A stretch of 64,000 nucleotides of DNA from contig OY820591.1 in the NCBI GenBank assembly GCA_963555985.3, positions 1,600,001 through 1,664,000 on the forward strand, read 5' to 3'. The number at the start of each line of letters is the position of its first letter. Position 1 is the first letter of the stretch. The translations under genes and the position numbers were made by a program. Below are positions 57,787 through 64,000 of this stretch, one piece after another. Source of the DNA: Dehalococcoidia bacterium (lineage in GTDB: Bacteria > Chloroflexota > Dehalococcoidia > Bin125). The notes below the pieces were generated by a model that was not told the DNA's origin, did not search any database, and saw only the letters and a program-made list of their open reading frames with translations.

Positions 57787-59697
57787 ATGGCCATATCGAG
57801 TCAGCCGAGTCGTTATGACGCGCTGCGGCGCAGGCGAGTCAGCAGGCGCGCGCTGTTTGCCGCATCCACGCGCGCCGGGGTGGGCGTGGCTGCACTGGCG
57901 CTAGTGGGCTGCGGCGAAGACGAGCCAGAGCCGCAGGAAGCACCCGAGCCGCTTCAGCAACAGGCTCAAGCTCAGGCTCAGCAGGCGGAGCAGAGCGACC
58001 AGGAGCAGCCTCAAGTCGCCCAGCAGGAGCAGGAGCGAGTCGCTCCCATGGAACCGTCAAGAGGCGGCATTCTGCGCGTCTGGTTCCCGGTCGAGCGGCA
58101 TGACCGCTGGGATCCCCATCGCTCGCGCTATCGAACCACGCAGGCGTTTCACAGCCTCATGTACAACCGCCTGATCCGCCCCGTCTCGGTCTCCACCGGC
58201 GAACTCGAGGCCGACCTGTGCGGGTTGCCGGAGATGCCCGACGAATCGACCTACGTGTTCAGCGTGACCCCCGGCGCGGTGTTCTGGACGCAGGTGCCGA
58301 CCGAAGGCCGCGCATTCACGGCTGAGGACATCCGCTGGAACATCGAACGCCAGCAGTCAGCGCTCGATGCCGAGGGCGCGCCCGATCCGTACTTCTTCCG
58401 CCATCGCGCATACGAGCGCACCGCAGCGCTGGAGGTCACGGGCGACGAGACGATCCGACTGACCACGAACGGTCCGGATGCGGCCTACCTCGGCAGCGTC
58501 CATGCGGGTCCGTATGCGTGGACGACCAGCCCGGAGGCGGCTGAAGAGTGGGGCGATGGGTGGCGCGACAACGCCTTCGACGTACAGCTCAACAGCGGCA
58601 CGGGACCTTACGTCCCGATCCAGTACGACGGGCGAGAGCTGATCCTGGCGCGCTCGGAGAACTGGTGGGGCGCGAACGACGCCTGGCCCGACGGCATCGT
58701 CTTCGGCGGCGGCGCCGAAGGCCAGTTGGTCGGCACTTACAGCCTCAAACAAGTCGACTTCGTCGACTATCCGGTTCCCAACGAGGTCGTGCAGGCGCTC
58801 CGCGATGAGCGCCCCGATGACGCCGCCTACGAACTGCCGATGCCGGCCCCGGTGCAGTTACTCGCGCCGCAGGCGGAAGACGCCGCGTCACCGCTCAGCG
58901 ATCCTCGCATCATCCGCGCATTGGGCTTGGCGGTCGATCGGACACGGCTGTTAGAGCGGCTCTACCAAGGCGAGGGGCGAGCCTCCGGGCCATGGCCGTC
59001 CCATCTCAAACCCTGGGCGTTGCCGGAAGACCGTCTGGCGACGCACCCCGGCTACGGTGACGCGCGCGACGCCGACCTTGAGGAGATCGGCGCGCTGATC
59101 GCCGCTGCGGGAGGCGCGAACGCGCTTGGACAGGTACCATTCGTCGCCGCTGATGTGTTCGAAGGCTTCTTCGCCGGCTCAGGCGAAGCGGTGCGCTCAA
59201 TGCTGGCGGACGCAACCGGCCTGGATGTTGACCTGGAGTATCGAGCGTTGGCCGATGCGATCGCTCAAATCGCGAACGGCGAACGCTTCCTCTTCCTCAG
59301 TTGGGGAGAAACTCCGCTCTCGGCAGACCCGACCGATGCCTGGCGGGCGGCGCTGCACTCTACGGGCGAGCGCAACTGGGGCGGCGCACCCGATCCGGAG
59401 CTGGACGCGCTGATCGAGGAGATGGGCATCGCCTTCGATCTCAACGCGCGGCGCGGGCTGGCGCATCAGGTGCAGGAACGGCTGCTGAGCGGGGATTCGC
59501 CGCAGTGGATGATCAATCTGATCAATGGAACCCAGCTAGGGATCGCGCAACCCTATCTGCATCTCGACCCCCGCGCCCGCGAGTTCTCCTGGTCCTGGGA
59601 TCGGCTTGCCAACAGTTGGCTCGACACGGGTCACGAGGAATACGACGCGGAGCGGGCGCTGCCGGAGCCGGAACCAGAGGCAGAAGGCGGCGAGTAG
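57787..59697 (+). CDS. Family 5 ABC substrate-binding protein, Tat lipoprotein
   Basis: SRRALF, LVGC, Q-rich linker, FTAEDI, GTGPY, DPRIIRALGLAVDR. Confidence 0.85.
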   Translation: MAISSQPSRYDALRRRRVSRRALFAASTRAGVGVAALALVGCGEDEPEPQEAPEPLQQQAQAQAQQAEQSDQEQPQVAQQEQERVAPMEPSRGGILRVWFPVERHDRWDPHRSRYRTTQAFHSLMYNRLIRPVSVSTGELEADLCGLPEMPDESTYVFSVTPGAVFWTQVPTEGRAFTAEDIRWNIERQQSALDAEGAPDPYFFRHRAYERTAALEVTGDETIRLTTNGPDAAYLGSVHAGPYAWTTSPEAAEEWGDGWRDNAFDVQLNSGTGPYVPIQYDGRELILARSENWWGANDAWPDGIVFGGGAEGQLVGTYSLKQVDFVDYPVPNEVVQALRDERPDDAAYELPMPAPVQLLAPQAEDAASPLSDPRIIRALGLAVDRTRLLERLYQGEGRASGPWPSHLKPWALPEDRLATHPGYGDARDADLEEIGALIAAAGGANALGQVPFVAADVFEGFFAGSGEAVRSMLADATGLDVDLEYRALADAIAQIANGERFLFLSWGETPLSADPTDAWRAALHSTGERNWGGAPDPELDALIEEMGIAFDLNARRGLAHQVQERLLSGDSPQWMINLINGTQLGIAQPYLHLDPRAREFSWSWDRLANSWLDTGHEEYDAERALPEPEPEAEGGE

Positions 59698-59705
59698 CGC
59701 GACGC

Positions 59706-60113
59706 TCAGGCGTAGCGGGCGCGATGGCTGCGCTCGAACTCCAGAATCCGCCGGTAGATTCTGACCATCTCGCGGTCCTGCGCCAGCGGTTCGCGCGGCG
59801 GACGGATCACCGCGCCGCCGAGCGCCGCGACGATCTCGTGGTGATCGTCAATGATGAAGTCCGGCTCGATGTCGGTGAAGAGGTGCAGCCGCTGGCGGTA
59901 CTGGAAGATCGGCTTGCCCATGATCCCGGCCAGCAGCGGCCAGAGGTCGTGCTTGTCCGCCACCTCGCGCCGCGCCCCGTAGCCCGACCACATGTAGACA
60001 TGGTGCCCCCGATCCTGCAAGCGCTCCAGCACCTCCCGCGCATACGGGCGAATCTGCAGATTCCAGGAGACCAGACAGCCGTCGACGTCGAAGAAGATGT
60101 TGAGCGGGCGCAC
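59706..60113 (-). CDS. HAD-superfamily-like protein
   Basis: FFDVDGCL motif I, WSG motif II, IIDD motif IV. Confidence 0.7.
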   Translation of the reverse strand: MRPLNIFFDVDGCLVSWNLQIRPYAREVLERLQDRGHHVYMWSGYGARREVADKHDLWPLLAGIMGKPIFQYRQRLHLFTDIEPDFIIDDHHEIVAALGGAVIRPPREPLAQDREMVRIYRRILEFERSHRARYA

Positions 60114-60237
60114 GAAATGTAGGGTACGCCATCAGACAAACCGTGGGTCAGGAATGGCGGGCCTGCTTCAAGCCCGACCATCCCTGACCCTGTGCAAACG
60201 CCACGGCTAGAATGGCGTCACCTATCCGACAGGCCCC

Positions 60238-60384
60238 TTAGCACCGTCGATAGGTCGTGCGCTGGCCCTTGCCGCAGTACCCACACGGCGGCAAGCGGTC
60301 AGTGGCATCGTCCAGGTACACGGACCACCTGCAGCTAGTGCAGCAGTAGCGCCCGATGCCTGGTCGTTGGCCAACTTTCCACAT
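60238..60384 (-). CDS. 48-aa zinc-ribbon protein (YjzC/DUF1451-like), below the ORF-track cut-off
   Basis: GGAAGGAGGTG RBS; MWKVGQRPGIGRYCCTSCRWSVYLDDATDRLPPCGYCGKGQRTTYRRC. Confidence 0.75.
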   Translation of the reverse strand: MWKVGQRPGIGRYCCTSCRWSVYLDDATDRLPPCGYCGKGQRTTYRRC

Positions 60385-60480
60385 ACGAAATCACCTCCTT
60401 CCGTTTGGATTCATCCCGTGTTCCGTCTTCACGCCGGGGCAATCCAGCGACAGACGACGCACGCGAATGTGCCAATCAGT

Positions 60481-61656
60481 TCACACCGAGGCCATCATCG
60501 GTGCAGTCTGACTGTCCGCTCCGGCGACGATCAAACGGATCGCCTCCTTGACTTCTTGTCGACGCGCCACCAGAGTTACCTTGCGCAGGTCAAGGACACC
60601 GCTTTCAACCAAGATGCCCTGATTCCCCTTCGATCGGAGGTCGAGGGCATGTATGTGCTGCGCGAGTGCATCAGTCCTTGTGCCAGCGTGTTCCTGCCGC
60701 CATTCAAAGTGACACCCTGCGATGATTCTCAACATCGTCCCGTTGTAGGCGACCGTTTGGCTTCTGCGACCGCTGATGTGATCAGGCTCAAGATCGTCGC
60801 TGAGGAGCTCAACATACTCCTCTCGTGCGGCCGGGAGGAAATCGTCGACCCATTCGATGCCTTCGTCGATAATTCGAGGAAGCTCCAGCTCCGCCTGACG
60901 TTCGCGTTCCTGACTGGCTCTGCCGTAATAGCCGTACTGCAGCGTCTTGATGTTTGTCGCAAGCTGGTTGAATGGCATCAGCTTGTTGCTGGTGCGTGAC
61001 AGGGTCGACAAATTCATGTCGACGAAAGGACTGAGCCAACTGCTCTGCGCCATGACCTCTTCAGCGGCGCGGTTGAATGGATTACGCATATCAAACCGGG
61101 CGGTCGTGACAGCATCCATCTTCCGCTGCTGCGCCATGTCGGCGAACATCTGCCGCATCGCCACTTCATCAGCCTCAGCGTAGAGAGCCACCGGCATATG
61201 GCACGCATCGAATCGCTCGAGGCGATCTTGATCCTCGCCATCGATTGCGGCTTTCCTGAAATCACGGATCGCCCGGCGACGATGTTGGCCATCGAGGATC
61301 TTCAGGCTCTGTGCTCTGCCCTTTTGGATGCGGAGTTCCCCTATCACTGGTGCACCAGTTCCGTCATCCTCTTCCCAAAGCTCAAACTCGATCATCGCAG
61401 GATCGAGGCTCAGGGTGATTGGTCCTAGGACCCAGGAATCGACCCGCCCGAGGTAATCCTGAATTGCTCTGGCATGATTGTGGTTGAATCGGCGATTGTG
61501 AGTGATGATCTTGCTGTCGACATCCGTGGGCAGCGCGTCGTCGAAGTCACCCATCGGGAGGGAGAAATAGTAAACCGACCTACCACCTTGGGCGAGGCGC
61601 TGTGCCGGCTCACGGATCGCGAATGCCGTTGGCTGTCTCTGGATCTTAACTGCCAC
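60481..61656 (-). CDS. DGQHR domain protein (DndB-like)
   Basis: QGGR N-terminal motif, NRRFNHNHA..I..Y, ILDGQHRR, RQMFADM. Confidence 0.88.
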   Translation of the reverse strand: MAVKIQRQPTAFAIREPAQRLAQGGRSVYYFSLPMGDFDDALPTDVDSKIITHNRRFNHNHARAIQDYLGRVDSWVLGPITLSLDPAMIEFELWEEDDGTGAPVIGELRIQKGRAQSLKILDGQHRRRAIRDFRKAAIDGEDQDRLERFDACHMPVALYAEADEVAMRQMFADMAQQRKMDAVTTARFDMRNPFNRAAEEVMAQSSWLSPFVDMNLSTLSRTSNKLMPFNQLATNIKTLQYGYYGRASQERERQAELELPRIIDEGIEWVDDFLPAAREEYVELLSDDLEPDHISGRRSQTVAYNGTMLRIIAGCHFEWRQEHAGTRTDALAQHIHALDLRSKGNQGILVESGVLDLRKVTLVARRQEVKEAIRLIVAGADSQTAPMMASV

Positions 61657-61874
61657 AACGATGTCCTTCCTCTAAGCGCGACGATTAAAGATTCACGAAG
61701 CGCTTCATGTACAGGTTATTTTGCCTGTTCAGTGGACTCTTGTCAACCGGCCCCGTGTATACCGCGATACGATCTCTAGAGTGTGTCGCGGGCGTTCGAC
61801 GGATCGCGGTGAATCTGATGGCCGTAGCTGCTTGCCTCCATCTCTCAATTCCGCCGTCCGGACGCCACTTCCGC

Positions 61875-62111
61875 ATGAAGAACCGTCTGGAGTGTTGGCG
61901 CTGCGCCCTCCGCAACCGGCGAATGCTCCGCCGCTCGATCCTGACCAGCGCAGTCGTCGGGACGATCCTCGTGGCGATCAATCAGGGAACCGTGATCGTC
62001 GCCGGCGATGGCACGTGGGAACTGGCCTGGAAGATCCCACTGACCTACTGCGTCCCGTTCCTGGTCGCCTCCTGGGGTGCGCTGGGCAACGCCTACGCGC
62101 GCAGCGATTAG
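61875..62111 (+). CDS. NrtS-like small membrane protein
   Basis: VVGTILVAINQG...KIPLTYCVPFLV; start uncertain. Confidence 0.7.
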   Translation: MKNRLECWRCALRNRRMLRRSILTSAVVGTILVAINQGTVIVAGDGTWELAWKIPLTYCVPFLVASWGALGNAYARSD

Positions 62112-63487
62112 GTGCGAATCCCCTGATCACGCAGCCGTGCGATCAGGTCCTCTTGCGTACCCGTGCCCTTCGTCGAATTGCACGCCCCGCAGAGCAGTTG
62201 CAGATTCTCAATGTGATCAGTGCCCCCGCGAGAACGCGCCACGACATGATCGATCGTCATGTTGCGGAACGGGAACCAGGTCAGACAACCGTTGCAGCGA
62301 CCCTCTTGCGCGCCGTAGAGCAACTGCCTGTTCGACGGCGAACTGTACGGCGGCAAATCGCCCAGGTCAGTCCGCTGGGGGACATCGGTGCGGTGCGCTC
62401 CGGTGTAGAACAGGCCCAGCTCGCGCTGCATACGAGTGCGGACGAGCTCGGCCGCCTTTGGTGAAATGTCGATCCCGACCCACTGACGCTCCAACTTCTC
62501 CGCCGCCACGCACGCAGTCGCGCAACCGCAGAACGGATCGAAGACGAGATCGCCTGGGTGGGACGAGAGCGAGACGATCCGCTCCAGCAAGGCAAGAGGC
62601 TTCTGCGTCGGATAGCCAGTGCGCTCTCTGGCCCGTCCCTGGATCGGGCCAATGTCATCCCAGACTGAATCAACTGCGCGTCCGGGCTGTTCGTCCAGGT
62701 AGCGCTTGTAGCGAGGGACGCGCCCAGGTGCTGTCTGAACGACGCGACCTTGGGCGAGCGCCTGCTCCATCCGCTCGCGCGTCCAGCGCCAGACTCGATG
62801 AACGCCCAAAAACTCGTAGGTCAGATTCGGGCGGTTCCGATTGGGGTTCGTGAGATCCGTAAGCTGATAGCGCCGCCCCGTTTCTGGCTCGATGTGTCGA
62901 TAGGCTCGCTCCGCGTATTCGGCGTCGTGCGGCTGGTACTGAGCGTGGTACGTCGCGGCGTCGGAGAGCGCATAGCGCAGGAGCAAATCGTGGTTGTTGG
63001 CCATGTTCCGCGTGGCCAGGCCTTTCGCTCGTTGCCGACGCCAGATGATGTCGTTGCGGAACTGCGCCTGGCCGAAAATCGAGTCCATCACCGTCTTCAG
63101 GTAGTGACCGGCGGTCAAGTCGCAATGCAGATAGATGGTGCCGTCCGGCTTCAGGATGCGCTTCAGCTCCAACAGCCGCACCGACATCATGATCAGGTAG
63201 GCCTTCATCGGCCTCCCGTGCGAGAGCCCCGCCGACTCAATCACCGCCGCCAGCGCCGGCTCGCGCTCCGCCACTTCGCCGTGCCAGGCGACATCGAAAT
63301 CGTTCAGCGTCCAGGTGTCCTTGAAGGCAGCGGGCGCGGCCTCCGAGCCGATCGGCGCAGCGTAGTCGCGGTTGGAGTTGAACGGCGGATCGAGGTAGAT
63401 CAGGTCGACAGAAGCGGAGTTCATGCCCCGCATGATGTCGATGTTGTCACCCGTCCAGAGCGTCTGATTGGCCCAGTTCGGCGGCAT
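62108..63487 (-). CDS. N6/N4 DNA methyltransferase (beta class) fused to a C-terminal HNH domain
   Basis: DLIYLDPPF, YPTQKP, DPFCGCAT; C-terminal CNGC..TIDHVVARSRGGTDHIENLQLLCGACNSTK. Confidence 0.92.
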   Translation of the reverse strand: MPPNWANQTLWTGDNIDIMRGMNSASVDLIYLDPPFNSNRDYAAPIGSEAAPAAFKDTWTLNDFDVAWHGEVAEREPALAAVIESAGLSHGRPMKAYLIMMSVRLLELKRILKPDGTIYLHCDLTAGHYLKTVMDSIFGQAQFRNDIIWRRQRAKGLATRNMANNHDLLLRYALSDAATYHAQYQPHDAEYAERAYRHIEPETGRRYQLTDLTNPNRNRPNLTYEFLGVHRVWRWTRERMEQALAQGRVVQTAPGRVPRYKRYLDEQPGRAVDSVWDDIGPIQGRARERTGYPTQKPLALLERIVSLSSHPGDLVFDPFCGCATACVAAEKLERQWVGIDISPKAAELVRTRMQRELGLFYTGAHRTDVPQRTDLGDLPPYSSPSNRQLLYGAQEGRCNGCLTWFPFRNMTIDHVVARSRGGTDHIENLQLLCGACNSTKGTGTQEDLIARLRDQGIRT

Positions 63488-63758
63488 GGACTCACTCTAG
63501 CGGGGGAGACCCAGGCCTCTCGTAGCACAACGATGTCGCATGAACTTCGCTGTCTCACAGGCATTCGCTGCCACCGATCGCCGGCCGGCGCTCAACGCAA
63601 CGGGCACACACCCAGATCGCCCAAAGCGCAGATTCAGCGGTCGGAGCGCTCGGGCATGAGATTCTGTGACCTACTGCGCACCGAATCCCAGCGGCGTCCG
63701 GGCGTGCATTGGGTAACACATGGACGTGAGACTGAGCCAAAGATCCGCTGGTTATCAG

Positions 63759-63899
63759 TCAGCTCTTCTTCTTCGGCGCTTTGGGGCGCGGCCGTTCGTC
63801 GTAACGGCCGCGATCGTCACGACCGACCAGACGCTCTTCCGTCTGGCCATCCCTGTCCGGGTCTTGTGGTTCACGCCGTCGGCGCGTCTGCTTTGCCAT
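63759..63899 (-). CDS. Possible 46-aa charged peptide
   Basis: AGGAG upstream; MAKQTRRRREPQDPDRDGQTEERLVGRDDRGRYDERPRPKAPKKKS. Confidence 0.3.
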   Translation of the reverse strand: MAKQTRRRREPQDPDRDGQTEERLVGRDDRGRYDERPRPKAPKKKS

Positions 63900-64000
63900 G
63901 GTGCCTTCTCCTAACCAAGTCCGATCGGTCACCTCGATCTTCTAGAGGCCAGCGTATCGGGGCTGGAGCGCTTTGGATGAGACAATTGATCAGACATATA

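Noticed and set aside
60240-60300. Hairpin-like segment as an ncRNA
   Set aside because: Explained by the 48-aa zinc-ribbon ORF on the minus strand

Overview
GC-rich bacterial chromosomal window, probably Chloroflexota (Dehalococcoidia-like; inferred from gene style and content, not proven). Most of it is housekeeping or metabolic: class III CoA-transferases, nitronate monooxygenase, endonuclease IV, amidase, crotonase, Fhs, NudC, a glycine-betaine ABC transporter, smpB plus tmRNA, a peptide ABC transporter, mutL/mutS and a NuoE/NuoF-like pair. The stand-out is a small accessory island at about 5.7-8.4 kb. On the minus strand it has an HNH-like gene, then an orphan Cas7/RAMP-like gene, then a non-coding array of 15 phased GGY-NN pentamers closed by a UUCG hairpin. 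This is a candidate programmable RNA-guided (VIPR-like) system with a linked nuclease, flanked by a RelE-type toxin-antitoxin pair and a REP-like-repeat-flanked DUF559 nuclease. Also seen: two probable selenoproteins that the ORF track splits at an in-frame UGA (a peroxiredoxin and a rhodanese), a dispersed decamer-repeat element, a DdrO-like repressor next to tmRNA, and a defence-like patch at the right end (DGQHR protein, an unannotated 48-aa zinc ribbon, a DNA methyltransferase-HNH fusion). All calls are from reading motifs by eye; no database searches were run.
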